DNA of 64,000 nt from Patescibacteria group bacterium (GCA_041675205.1 JBAYUF010000001.1:20863-84862), one strand, 5' to 3'; shown: positions 1 to 9,831, counted from the stretch's first letter. Numbers and translations: made by a program. Notes: generated from the sequence alone by a model not told the origin.

Positions 1-641
1 ATTTCGCTGTTAGGCTTTTTGAAGAGTGGGGCATTGGCGACAGTAAGAACGATAACGGCGTGCTGCTCCTCGTTAGTCGCGATGATCGCCAGGTGCGTAT
101 TGAGGTTGGCTACGGCCTAGAAGGCGCACTGACGGATATTCAGGCTAATGACATCATTCAAAACGACATCGTGCCAGCATTTCGGAATGAACTCTACGCA
201 GACGGTATCAACCGTGCGACGGACGACATCATGGCAGCGACGATTGGTGAATACCAGACCCAGGTAAAGCCGACCACGCTTTGGCAAGATATTGTGCAGT
301 ATGGAGAAGTCCTCTTCTTTTTTGGCTTCGTTCTTTTGCAGTGGTTAGCTGCAATTTTAGCGCGTTCAAAGTCGTGGCTGGGGGGCGGTATCGTTGGGGG
401 CTTACTCGGGGCACTCATCGGTTTCTTTCTCGGTTGGCTCTATTGGGGTCTCTTCGCCTTACTTTTCCTCGTTCCTTTGGGTTTACTGCTTGATTACGTT
501 GTTTCAAGTACGTATAAGAAAAAAGGGCGAGGTGAATCCTTGCCGTGGTGGACTGGTGGTGGTCGTGGTGGTTCAGGCTCAAGCTTTGGTGGTTTTGGCG
601 GAGGGAGTTCAGGCGGCGGCGGAGCCAGTGGCAGCTGGTAA
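1..641 (+). CDS. TPM domain (YgcG-like) membrane protein, 5'-truncated by the window
   Basis: LLLVSRDDRQVRIEVGYGLEGALTD motif, TM helices, Gly/Ser-rich tail ending GGGASGSW. Confidence 0.9.
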   Translation, partial: FAVRLFEEWGIGDSKNDNGVLLLVSRDDRQVRIEVGYGLEGALTDIQANDIIQNDIVPAFRNELYADGINRATDDIMAATIGEYQTQVKPTTLWQDIVQYGEVLFFFGFVLLQWLAAILARSKSWLGGGIVGGLLGALIGFFLGWLYWGLFALLFLVPLGLLLDYVVSSTYKKKGRGESLPWWTGGGRGGSGSSFGGFGGGSSGGGGASGSW

Positions 642-664
642 GTACCCATAACAAAATTATTTGC

Positions 665-721
665 ATGGAGTATGAAGTAAAGTTTTTTACTTCTGACCCG
701 GAAGTTATTGAAGTGAGTTGA
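665..721 (+). pseudogene. Degenerate 5' fragment of the CYTH gene (MEYEVKFFTSDPEVIEVS*)
   Basis: Translation aligns with the start of 3296..3868 (MEYEVKFLNIDPEAIQEK), then hits a stop. Confidence 0.7.
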
Positions 722-816
722 GTAGGATTAAGCGCACGCATCATTTAGTCGGGCAGGGGCAGGACCTCTATTAAGAATGAGGTTCTGTGCTCGATGCTTA
801 GCCAGCCTACATTAAA

Positions 817-845
817 AGTGACCCCCACGAGGGGTCATTATTTTA
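817..845 (+). terminator. Intrinsic terminator
   Basis: AGTGACCCC-cacga-GGGGTCATT followed by a T-rich tract. Confidence 0.65.
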
Positions 846-886
846 ATATTTTAATTTGTGGCTGTACTGATTAAAAGCACGATTTT

Positions 887-1648
887 GTGTATGCTTACTT
901 TATGATTCCAATTATTGCCATCGCCAACTTAATAAATGGCATCCTTTCAGCATTTCTTACGTTGCGACTCTATATTCGCTATCGATTACGAGCGAGCGAA
1001 AACTATCCAACTGCGGGTGTCCGTTATTTTATAGCATTCTACGCTACATTAACCATTTTATGGTTGCTGTATGCTACTCCCGGTCTTGTCACAAATAATC
1101 TTACGCTCATAATGTTTTTTCAGTCGCTGGCAGACTTGGGCGTTCTCGTTGGTGCGATGATTGGCATTCAGATTGCCTGTTTTGCACTCAATAAAAAAAA
1201 TATAGGAATATTAGCCTCGATTGTTATCGTAACGTGTGGCCTGGTGTATGTTACTGGTCTGCTGTTTTCTCACCCGCCTTCAATTCAAGAGTTGGTTCCT
1301 CCATACGTCTATTGGCATCCAGCAACACCACAGTGGCTTCGCGTGATGAATGGAATCGTGGCAGCGTTTGGATCACTGACCTTCATTATTACCTTTGCAG
1401 TACTCGGTTTCAAAACAAAAACCAATGAACTTGTACGTCGTCGGTCTTTCTTGTTGGCGACTGGTATGTTCTTTTTATTTCTTGCGTCACTGGTATTTTT
1501 TGTTTTTGCGACGAGCGGATTCATGCTTACGTTTACAGCTTCAATATTGGGGATTGCTGGGCTGTTCTTCATGTTGCGGGGCATTCCATATCGTGATGAG
1601 TATAATGAACAGATGGCAACATACCGTAACGAAAACAGCATTAGGTAA
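887..1648 (+). CDS. 7-TM membrane protein (stand-alone sensor-like); start may be ATG at 902
   Basis: About seven hydrophobic segments; layout resembles 60060..60821. Confidence 0.7.
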   Translation: MYAYFMIPIIAIANLINGILSAFLTLRLYIRYRLRASENYPTAGVRYFIAFYATLTILWLLYATPGLVTNNLTLIMFFQSLADLGVLVGAMIGIQIACFALNKKNIGILASIVIVTCGLVYVTGLLFSHPPSIQELVPPYVYWHPATPQWLRVMNGIVAAFGSLTFIITFAVLGFKTKTNELVRRRSFLLATGMFFLFLASLVFFVFATSGFMLTFTASILGIAGLFFMLRGIPYRDEYNEQMATYRNENSIR

Positions 1649-1711
1649 AACAGTCAGTCGTCGGTAAGCAGAAACGTACAGTATAAAAAATTCAGATTAA
1701 CAAAAGCCAGT

Positions 1712-2047
1712 ATGCTGAAAGAGTACAAAGCTTATTTGAAAGATAATCCGCAGGGATATTGGTTCAAAGCGAAGCTTTACGGCTGGGGTTGGACGCCTGC
1801 GAAGTGGCAGGGGTGGCTAACCATACTGGTGTTCACGGGACTCATTATTTTTAATGCGTACAGAATTGATTCTGATTTACGTTCGGCAAGCGATACATTT
1901 ATCAACTTTATTCTACAGACTGTCATTCTCGTTTTGTTGCTCATCCTCATTGGTTATAAGACAGGAGAGAAACCGCGGTGGCAGTGGGGCATTAAAAAAG
2001 AAAAGACGATTTTAGTTGAAAAGGCGGATACTGCAAAAGGCAACTGA
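1712..2047 (+). CDS. Small 2-TM membrane protein with Trp-rich motifs
   Basis: YWFKAKLYGWGWTPAKWQGW and GEKPRWQWG flank two TM helices. Confidence 0.75.
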   Translation: MLKEYKAYLKDNPQGYWFKAKLYGWGWTPAKWQGWLTILVFTGLIIFNAYRIDSDLRSASDTFINFILQTVILVLLLILIGYKTGEKPRWQWGIKKEKTILVEKADTAKGN

Positions 2048-2058
2048 GCAATACGACT

Positions 2059-3225
2059 TCATTCTTTAGAACCATTTCTAATTGAGTATCTCGGTTGAAC
2101 ATGAAGAAATTGTTTAATATCGTCTAAACTTTCTGGTTGTGAAATGGCTTTTTGTTCTAAGTAAAAGAATACTCGATCAATAGCATCTTCAGAGTTTCTT
2201 TGAAAGATGTCTTCAATTTCTTGATACGTAAACTGTTCAGCAACCTTTCGTACGTAGGGAACAATAAAAAGATTTTCGTTTGTTGCGTCCAGTATAGCTG
2301 TTCGAATAAGATGGCTCAGCATGGTTTCAAGTAGCGCTGAAGCAACAAGTTCTTTGCTGACACTCTTATGAAATAAAAAGCGACGTACGACTTCGTCATC
2401 ATAGCTATAAATTGTTGGCATTCCGGTGTGCGTCTGTTTCGTGTCTTGGTCTTTCCGTTTGAGTGCGTGAAAGATACCCGTGTGGAGCGAACCAATGGTT
2501 ATTAGCCCTCGGAGTGAAGGTTTTTCCTTTAAGTCTGGACGGTCAATAGTGGCATCTTCGATTGCCTCCTCAAGGTGGCTGAGCATATAGTCTTCACGAC
2601 GTTGTTGCAGGTCAGCAAGGGTTTTTAAGTGGGCCATTGCTTCAACAATTTTTTTATCAAAAGGCACTTCGCTCGTTGGACTGCAAGTCGATGCATCCAT
2701 TATGTTGTCATGGAGCTCCCACAGGTGCGGGTCGTCGTATGGATAGTCGGCAAATACAATAGGCTTATTTGAACCGTAGATTATTTTGAATAATTCAAGA
2801 AAGAATTCTTCAAAAGGAGTTTCGTCATCGTTTCCCATTGTTGAACGCAGCTCCGACAATGCTTGTTCGGGTGTAATACGCGCCAGAGACACATTTCGCC
2901 ACAAGCTCTTCAGGCTGGGTGTCCATCCAGCATTCTCAACTACAAATAGGTCGGCTTCATTGAATCGGTCTTGAACACCGTGTAAGTCTACCGCATTGAT
3001 ATGGGTAAGAAGAAACACCTCAAAATGGACAGGCGGAAGTTTTTTCTCTTTTCGTTCACTATTTATTGACTCTTCAATATTGTGCTGTATCTCTACTGCA
3101 TAGTTAACTTCGAGCTCGTCTACGCCAGCCGTGTCCTCCATTCTTCTAGGAGAAGCCTCTTCTTCCTGTCTTTGAGTGGTTTGTTGATTTATTTCTGGAT
3201 AAGTTTCTGGTCGTCGTTGAAGCAT
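2059..3225 (-). CDS. Hypothetical protein, possible TraB/ChaN/EreA (Tiki-like) fold
   Basis: 388-aa ORF with ordered motifs TH, VVE, ADYP, RREDYM, ITIGSLH (GxxH). Confidence 0.5.
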   Translation of the reverse strand: MLQRRPETYPEINQQTTQRQEEEASPRRMEDTAGVDELEVNYAVEIQHNIEESINSERKEKKLPPVHFEVFLLTHINAVDLHGVQDRFNEADLFVVENAGWTPSLKSLWRNVSLARITPEQALSELRSTMGNDDETPFEEFFLELFKIIYGSNKPIVFADYPYDDPHLWELHDNIMDASTCSPTSEVPFDKKIVEAMAHLKTLADLQQRREDYMLSHLEEAIEDATIDRPDLKEKPSLRGLITIGSLHTGIFHALKRKDQDTKQTHTGMPTIYSYDDEVVRRFLFHKSVSKELVASALLETMLSHLIRTAILDATNENLFIVPYVRKVAEQFTYQEIEDIFQRNSEDAIDRVFFYLEQKAISQPESLDDIKQFLHVQPRYSIRNGSKE

Positions 3226-3295
3226 AGTAAGAGTATCCTAGCATCGAAATAGAGTACTGAAAATGTGAGTTTTTATGTTTTGCTATACTGATGTT

Positions 3296-3868
3296 ATGGA
3301 ATACGAAGTGAAATTTCTCAATATTGACCCCGAGGCCATTCAAGAGAAACTGGCAGGAATTGGGGCAGAAAAGGTTGGTGAATTCTTTTATCGGCGCAGC
3401 GTGTTTGATTATCCAGATTGGCGACTTGATAAAGAAGCCTCATGGTTGCGGCTTCGCGACGAAGGCAATCAAGTTACTCTTACCTTCAAAAAACGCATTG
3501 GTGTCAAAGCGAGTGATGGCTCCACTCAAGATGAAGGTATGGAAGAGCTTGAGGTAGTGGTAAATGATTTTGCGGAAATGCATAACATACTTTTGCGTCT
3601 CGGCTTTATAGAGAAGCACTACGTTGAGAATCGGCGCATTCGGTGGCGCAAGGGCGATATAGAATTTGATATCGATACCTATCCCGCTATTGCTACGTAT
3701 TTAGAAATTGAAGGGAAGAGTTGGGAAGCAGTCGACGGTGCCATTCATGAACTTGGTCTTGACCCTAAAGACAAGAATATTTTTTCGGCGAACCAAGTAT
3801 ACGCATTGAATGGTATACAGGTTGCTGACTATACGCGGCTCACTTTTGACGAGCTTGTAAAGCGATAA
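3296..3868 (+). CDS. CYTH-domain protein (class IV adenylate cyclase-like)
   Basis: N-terminal EYEVKF, WLRLR, LTFKK, YLEIEG motifs. Confidence 0.9.
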   Translation: MEYEVKFLNIDPEAIQEKLAGIGAEKVGEFFYRRSVFDYPDWRLDKEASWLRLRDEGNQVTLTFKKRIGVKASDGSTQDEGMEELEVVVNDFAEMHNILLRLGFIEKHYVENRRIRWRKGDIEFDIDTYPAIATYLEIEGKSWEAVDGAIHELGLDPKDKNIFSANQVYALNGIQVADYTRLTFDELVKR

Positions 3869-3908
3869 TTGGGTTACTTTTCAGTGGTACTTTTTTCGTT
3901 CTTAACAG

Positions 3909-3937
3909 TTGACACAGTGACACTACGGTAGTAGTGT
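3909..3937 (+). promoter_or_regulatory. sigma70-type promoter
   Basis: TTGACA-17 nt-TAGTGT. Confidence 0.6.
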
Positions 3938-3994
3938 ACTTGAACCACGGCAGTTCGTGGTTTTTGTTTACTTATTCATTATAGCGATAAAGCC

Positions 3995-4108
3995 ATGATG
4001 TATTCAGATGGTGACGAGACGACAGGAGACGAGAACGCAGTCGAGCCTGCTACTGAGGAAGTAACCGAAGCTGGTGCTGACTCAGCAGACGAAGCGGCAG
4101 CCGAGTAA
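3995..4108 (+). CDS. 37-aa acidic small protein
   Basis: MMYSDGDETTGDENAVEPATEEVTEAGADSADEAAAE*, lying between a promoter and a terminator. Confidence 0.6.
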   Translation: MMYSDGDETTGDENAVEPATEEVTEAGADSADEAAAE

Positions 4109-4124
4109 AAGACTTTCAGTCTTG

Positions 4125-4160
4125 CAAAGACGGACCCATCGGGGTCCGTCTTTGTTTTAT
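4125..4160 (+). terminator. Intrinsic terminator
   Basis: CAAAGACGGACCC-atcg-GGGTCCGTCTTTG then TTTTAT. Confidence 0.8.
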
Positions 4161-4209
4161 TGCTCGGCGAAGTTCAGCATGCTACGCTCTTCACTGCATG
4201 AATTAGTCT

Positions 4210-5229
4210 ATGGAAGAACGCCAAGTAGCCCCAGAAGAACACAATGAAGATGAATCTTTAGATAAGACGCTGCGACCTCGCGAGCTGAAGGATTATATTG
4301 GGCAAGAAAAGGTCAAAGATAATCTAGCGGTACTTATGGAGGCGGCCAAGAAGCGGCATGAGCCGGTTGAGCACATTCTTTTGTACGGTTCTCCCGGTTT
4401 GGGGAAGACAACGCTCGCCCACATTATTGCCCGAGAAATGTCGGCAGGCATTCGAGTAACCTCGGGTCCGGCGCTTACCAAAGCGGGTGACTTGGCTGCC
4501 ATTCTGACGAATCTTGAAGCCGGAGACATTCTTTTTATTGATGAAATACATCGACTAAATAAAACCATTGAGGAGGTGCTGTATCCAGCCATGGAGGAAT
4601 TTGCATTGGACGTTGTCCTCGGGAAAGGGCCAAGTGCGCGTACGCTACGATTAGATTTACCAAAGTTCACCATTGTTGGGGCTACGACGAAGGTTAGTTT
4701 ATTGTCTGCGCCCTTACGTGACCGGTTTGGAGCTACGTACCGACTTAATTTTTACGAACTCGGTGACATCGAACGCATAGTTGGTCGTTCTGCCCGGCTT
4801 TTGAATGTGGCCACTGACGACTTAGCGGTAACAGCAATTGCCGAGCGTTCACGCCGCACGCCCCGCATCGCAAATCGTTTATTAAAACGCGTGCGCGACG
4901 TCGCCGAGGTGCGTGGTACCGGCAGCATCACAGTGCCAATAACAGAAGTAACGTGGCAGATGCTCGACGTCGACCGCTATGGACTGGACGACGTTGACCG
5001 AAGAATTCTTCGAGCAATTATTGAAATATTTTCTGGTGGTCCGGTGGGGGTTACAACATTAGCAGCGGCCACAGCCGAAGAGGTCGCCACCATTGAGGAT
5101 GTCTATGAACCGTTCTTGATGCAAATGGGTTTTTTGCAGCGCACCCCTCGCGGTCGTGTTGCTACTGAACTTGCCTACAGGCATCTCAACCTTCCGCCGC
5201 CACCTGACCTACAGCAGCGACTTCTGTAG
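4210..5229 (+). CDS. ruvB: Holliday junction branch migration helicase RuvB
   Basis: [32 protein letters not shown] motifs. Confidence 0.98.
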   Translation: MEERQVAPEEHNEDESLDKTLRPRELKDYIGQEKVKDNLAVLMEAAKKRHEPVEHILLYGSPGLGKTTLAHIIAREMSAGIRVTSGPALTKAGDLAAILTNLEAGDILFIDEIHRLNKTIEEVLYPAMEEFALDVVLGKGPSARTLRLDLPKFTIVGATTKVSLLSAPLRDRFGATYRLNFYELGDIERIVGRSARLLNVATDDLAVTAIAERSRRTPRIANRLLKRVRDVAEVRGTGSITVPITEVTWQMLDVDRYGLDDVDRRILRAIIEIFSGGPVGVTTLAAATAEEVATIEDVYEPFLMQMGFLQRTPRGRVATELAYRHLNLPPPPDLQQRLL

Positions 5230-5230
5230 C

Positions 5231-5341
5231 TATACGGCATACGCCGTAGGTTTACGCCTTACGCAGTACGCTATACGGGGATAGAGGCTCGATAACACTA
5301 TGGGGCTGTACGGGAAGTCCCAGTCGTGCGTACTGCGTACG
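5231..5341. repeat. NNTACGC heptamer array with a short inverted copy
   Basis: tatacgg catacgc .. tttacgc cttacgc agtacgc tatacgg at 5231-5278; gcgtactgcgta (5328-5339) is the exact reverse complement of 5260-5271. Confidence 0.75.
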
Positions 5342-5344
5342 TCT

Positions 5345-7300
5345 TTATTTATACCACTGCGCCACTTCAGTATTCACGTAGAAAAATTTTAGGATGTCGA
5401 TATATTTCCAGCCTTCTTTTGCCATATCATTTGCGGCAAGTTGTGAGAGGCCGACCGCATGGCCGAACTTTTGACGGTTTGCATCCCATGGCACTGCTTT
5501 CCGGGTGAGCCACGGTTTCGCACTTCCACCCCAAACATCTTCCCATGATTTAGTCATGCCACTGGTACTGGCTGAGTATGGTGTAACGACGACGTTGTTT
5601 TGGTAGGTGACAACCTGGCCACGAGTAGCGGCGACTGCTTCTGCAACTTTTGGTATACGTTTTTCCGATTCGTATCCTCGGTAGTACTGATCACCAACAG
5701 ACGCAACGACATCGAAGTAACGGGAACGATGTTTCGTGCCAGTGTCGTGGTGGTAGAGTGCGTAGCTTCTCGCTGCTACAATGAGCGCCTTTTGATACTC
5801 GGGTTGGGATGCATTTGAACTTTCGGCGAGACCCTTAAGGTAATCTTCCATGGGTAGTTCATTGATAATCCAGACCTTCTCATCCTTCTCAGACCAACGA
5901 ATTTCAATGACGCCACGGTAGGAATTATCATTCCAGCCAGCATTGTAAGCAACAGGATTTTTAAATGTAGGTAGCGTTATGATAGCTGCGGTATCGGCAC
6001 CACGGATACGAAGTGGTAATGGTGAACGCACCACTGGACCTAGCCCAATGGCCACGTACGTGCGGTCCGCTGGGCTGTAAGAGAAGTAGGTTGGTATTCC
6101 GGCCGTGAATCTGCCATAGCTGGTACCACCATTGTCTTCGACGATGTAATCAACATTCGCCGTGACACCAAGTTGTCCGTCAAGTTTTTCGATACCAACA
6201 CGCATAGTTGCCTCCTCGTGTTTCGGCTGACAAAATCCTGGTCCAACCCCTGGGTCTTGCACTTCATCAGCAGCAATGCAAACAATACTTGCTGCGGAGT
6301 TCGTAGGAGTTGTTGCTGGTAGTGCGGTTGGTGCTGGGCTAGCGACACCGACAGGAATACGGAAACGCCCACCATCCAGTAGTGTGGTTCCGTTCATGGC
6401 AAGGTAGAACTCTGGTTGGTACTGCCCACCTGTTTGTGGGGCCGTGATTCGAAAGGTAATGAAACTAATTTCACCAACGTTTACAAGGCTGGTTGCTTGC
6501 GTGCCGACAATGGTGTCACTTAACCATGATGGCGCACGAAATGTCGTCCCGCTAGTTGAAGCCGGGTCGAACATGAGCTGAACAAGACTGGGTGCAGTAT
6601 TTCTCCAACTTCTCTCGCCGGTATTTTTAAAACCGATAGTGAAGTCACTACTTTCCCCGGCCGCAAGCGTTAGTGATTGTGCGGATCGAATGAGGACGGT
6701 CGCTTTTAGTGAAGCGCTTCTTTGAGCTGTGGTGTTCGTGTTCGCCGCGCTCGTTATCGGAAGTATGGCTGGTGCGGGGGTGGGAGTGGTGGTTGAAACT
6801 TTCGTTTTGCCCGGAATAAATTTTTCTCCGGTAACGGTCGTAGAAATACTAAATTCGGTACCAGGAATCTTTTCTGCACCCGTGAATACCGCAAAGTACA
6901 TAGTAAATTTTGCCGCTCGCAGTGGTGCTTCGAGTGGTAAGTTGAAAAAACCAATTTCACCCGGGGCAACTGTACCAGGGGTTAGCGCCGTAACCGTGAG
7001 GCGGTCGAGCCATTTATCGCTCGTGAACCAGTGCTCGTACTTAATAGTCTCAGTTGTTTTGATTGTGACGTTACTTTTTCCAGTGCTGTACCAGACAGAT
7101 TTTCCCGCATTTTTAAAACCAATTCGATACGTCAGCGGCTCACCTTGTTTCAATGTCGTTGGTACTGCTGACACTAAGGTACGCTCACCTGCGTATTGTA
7201 TCGTTGGAGCAGCAGTGGCGATATTTGCGTACGAAAATACACCTGGTGACAGTAGCAAGAGAACCAACAAACGTATTACTATTTTTTTCATAGAGTTCAC
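5345..7300 (-). CDS. SpoIID/LytB domain protein with N-terminal NBR1-type Ig-like domains
   Basis: Signal peptide, two FKNxG..W Ig-like repeats, INELPMEDYLKGLAE, KALIVAARSYA, GHAVGLSQ. Confidence 0.88.
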   Translation of the reverse strand: MNSMKKIVIRLLVLLLLSPGVFSYANIATAAPTIQYAGERTLVSAVPTTLKQGEPLTYRIGFKNAGKSVWYSTGKSNVTIKTTETIKYEHWFTSDKWLDRLTVTALTPGTVAPGEIGFFNLPLEAPLRAAKFTMYFAVFTGAEKIPGTEFSISTTVTGEKFIPGKTKVSTTTPTPAPAILPITSAANTNTTAQRSASLKATVLIRSAQSLTLAAGESSDFTIGFKNTGERSWRNTAPSLVQLMFDPASTSGTTFRAPSWLSDTIVGTQATSLVNVGEISFITFRITAPQTGGQYQPEFYLAMNGTTLLDGGRFRIPVGVASPAPTALPATTPTNSAASIVCIAADEVQDPGVGPGFCQPKHEEATMRVGIEKLDGQLGVTANVDYIVEDNGGTSYGRFTAGIPTYFSYSPADRTYVAIGLGPVVRSPLPLRIRGADTAAIITLPTFKNPVAYNAGWNDNSYRGVIEIRWSEKDEKVWIINELPMEDYLKGLAESSNASQPEYQKALIVAARSYALYHHDTGTKHRSRYFDVVASVGDQYYRGYESEKRIPKVAEAVAATRGQVVTYQNNVVVTPYSASTSGMTKSWEDVWGGSAKPWLTRKAVPWDANRQKFGHAVGLSQLAANDMAKEGWKYIDILKFFYVNTEVAQWYK

Positions 7301-7445
7301 AAAAACTAACTGAGACGAGTGAGAGATGAAGACGCCCCGTTCGTGCTAGTGCGTGAACAGGGCCTGAGAGCGAAAAATGAAATGTGGAATTGAACAATCT
7401 ACGTTTCTTTACTTGTCTCAGTATAGCATAAAAAATGCGCTTCGT

Positions 7446-8303
7446 CTATGCCGAATCACGCATTTTTTTTAAGAGTTTGAGTTCGCGAATAACTTCTGTT
7501 CCCTTTTCATCTCTCGGCGTTTCAAGAACACCAGGAATGGTGCGAAGACTCGGAGTTTTTAGTAATGCCGCAAAGGCAAGGCGGCCAAGTTTCCCTTGGC
7601 CAATATTTTCGTGTCGATCGACGTGCGAAGCAAAATCTGTTTTAGAGTCGTTGAGGTGTAAAAGTTTAATACGCCCCTTACCAATGGTTGCCGCACACAG
7701 TCGCAAGGTTTTAGTAATACCGGCAGTGGTGCGTACATCGTATCCTGAAGCAAAGGCGTGTTGCGTGTCCAGGCATACGCCAAGTCGGAGTGTTGGATGT
7801 GCCGCTTCAACAGCATGGATAATATCTCTTAGCTCCTCGAAGGTGTCGCCAATAGTTGCACCAGAGCCGGCGGAAAGCTCGAGGAGTAGCTGAGCCGTAC
7901 CCGTATAACCAGTCAGTAATTTTTTTATACCAGCGATAGTCATTGCTACACCAGCAGCTTCGCCAACCGCTTTCGCTGAACCAAGATGCGTTACAACACC
8001 CACGCACCCAAGCAAGCTGGCGCGCTCTAATTCTTCACGAATAATTGCTGACGAACCATTCGCAATGCGCGGTAGGGGTGAAGCGAAGTTGATGAAGTAA
8101 GGGCTGTGAATGTAGGCGGCACGAATGTTGTTTTCCTTCATTGCCTTCCGAAAGCTCGCAGCTAGTTCTGTTGTAATTTTTGGTGCTGGGCCACCTTGCG
8201 GCGGGCGAGAAAAAATTTGCATTACTTCGCACCCCCAAGCGGCCGCTCGAGCAGGCGCAAGCCCGACATTGCCAGCCGCGGAAACGTGCGCGCCCAGGTA
8301 CAT
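7446..8303 (-). CDS. nfo: Endonuclease IV
   Basis: LGAHVS, IHSPYFINFAS, CLDTQHAFASG, HLNDSK, DRHENIGQG, LETP. Confidence 0.95.
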   Translation of the reverse strand: MYLGAHVSAAGNVGLAPARAAAWGCEVMQIFSRPPQGGPAPKITTELAASFRKAMKENNIRAAYIHSPYFINFASPLPRIANGSSAIIREELERASLLGCVGVVTHLGSAKAVGEAAGVAMTIAGIKKLLTGYTGTAQLLLELSAGSGATIGDTFEELRDIIHAVEAAHPTLRLGVCLDTQHAFASGYDVRTTAGITKTLRLCAATIGKGRIKLLHLNDSKTDFASHVDRHENIGQGKLGRLAFAALLKTPSLRTIPGVLETPRDEKGTEVIRELKLLKKMRDSA

Positions 8304-8308
8304 ACGTA

Positions 8309-9607
8309 TTATGTTTTTCCGCTGGCCAGTATCGACAGAAAGCTCATTACTTTGCGGGTGAGAATGAGGTGCTTCAAGTGGCTATCGTATTCAGGATTTT
8401 GAACCTCTTCTCGTAGGTGTGCTTCATCCTCATTTTTATAGTGCTCAAGAATAGTATTTCGCTCAGCCGAGATTTCTTCCTCACTGACGGTAATGTGTTC
8501 AGTGTCAGCAACAGCTCGGACAATTAAAGCGGCTTTGACTCGTATCTCCGCTTCGGGTAGCCACGTTTTTTTGAGCGCCTCAACGTTTGTGTTCAGGTGT
8601 TCTAGATAATTTGACCACTCAATACCCTGGGAAGCGGCGCGTTCTTTGGCACGAAATAATATTTTTTGTAATTCTGCTTCAACGAGCACATCCGGAATAT
8701 CACCAAAAGTTGTTTTTGTACTAATCGCTTCGATTATCGCTCGTTCTCGTCGGGTTGTTTCTTCGGTAGTTTTCATTTCACCAAGATTCATTCGCAGTTG
8801 GTCACGTAATGCGGCAATGGTTCCGAAATTGCCCAAAGATTTTACGAAAGCGTCATCAATTGGTGCTTTGACCCGTTCAATGACGGTCGTTATGGCGACG
8901 TCATAAGTGACGATTTGGCCAGCGAGGTTTTTATCAAAGTGGTCTTTTGGGAAAGGGAGTGAAAATGCTTTCTTTTCAGTTGCCTTGAGACCAACCAGCT
9001 CTTGGGTAAAGCCATCAATGAGGTACGGTTTGCCTAATTCAACACGGTGATCCTTAGCGCTGCCACCCTCAAGTGGAACGCCATCTTTGGAAATAGTTAA
9101 CGAGACGGTAACGATGTCGCCATCCTTCGCCGCTCGGTCGACGATTTTTTCTGTGGCGCGCATTTCTCGCAGATCTTCAATGACTTTGTCTACTTCTTCA
9201 TCAGTCACCGACGCATCCGTTTCGGGCACCCGAACAGCGTGGTAGTCGCCAAGCGTCACTGGCGGGAGAACAGCAACCGTCGCTGAGAAAATAATTGGCT
9301 GTCCTGGTATAAGCTTCGTTACCTGTATGTCAGGTTCGCCAATCGTTTGTAGATGTTCTGCGGCGACAATAGCCGCATACGAAATGGGTACTGCAAAACG
9401 AACTGCTCGCTCCAAGAGTGCCATTTCACCGTACGCATGGCGAACTTGTTCCACTGATGCCTTACCAGGTCGGAAGCCGGCTAGAGGACGACTTTGCTGC
9501 AGCTCTCTGGCAGCGCGTTCGAAGTGTGATGGTAATTCGTCAACGGGAATGAGAATGTCGAGCGTCAGTAGGCCCTTTGTTAATTGTTGTGAGTTTAGTG
9601 TTGCCAT
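8309..9607 (-). CDS. tig: Trigger factor
   Basis: GFRPGKA ribosome-binding motif, FKBP-like middle domain, 432 aa. Confidence 0.95.
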   Translation of the reverse strand: MATLNSQQLTKGLLTLDILIPVDELPSHFERAARELQQSRPLAGFRPGKASVEQVRHAYGEMALLERAVRFAVPISYAAIVAAEHLQTIGEPDIQVTKLIPGQPIIFSATVAVLPPVTLGDYHAVRVPETDASVTDEEVDKVIEDLREMRATEKIVDRAAKDGDIVTVSLTISKDGVPLEGGSAKDHRVELGKPYLIDGFTQELVGLKATEKKAFSLPFPKDHFDKNLAGQIVTYDVAITTVIERVKAPIDDAFVKSLGNFGTIAALRDQLRMNLGEMKTTEETTRRERAIIEAISTKTTFGDIPDVLVEAELQKILFRAKERAASQGIEWSNYLEHLNTNVEALKKTWLPEAEIRVKAALIVRAVADTEHITVSEEEISAERNTILEHYKNEDEAHLREEVQNPEYDSHLKHLILTRKVMSFLSILASGKT

Positions 9608-9720
9608 AATGAGTTGGTACTGTATAGAAAATTTATGTATTCCGCAACACTCCTTAATTTTTGCAATGCTCCATTTTTTACTGTGTGGTATACTCGCAAA
9701 TATAAATAAGTGCTACGTAT

Positions 9721-9831
9721 ATGCCGATTGTTATTGTTCCGAGCGCACCCGTTATTCTTTGTTTTCTTCTCTCGCTGGGGTCGGTTTGGCTGACCACGTT
9801 TCTTTACGCATTCTCATTCGCTTTTGTGTAG
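9721..9831 (+). CDS. Possible 36-aa single-TM small protein
   Basis: MPIVIVPSAPVILCFLLSLGSVWLTTFLYAFSFAFV*, downstream of TGGTATACT, ending 6 nt before yebC. Confidence 0.35.
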   Translation: MPIVIVPSAPVILCFLLSLGSVWLTTFLYAFSFAFV

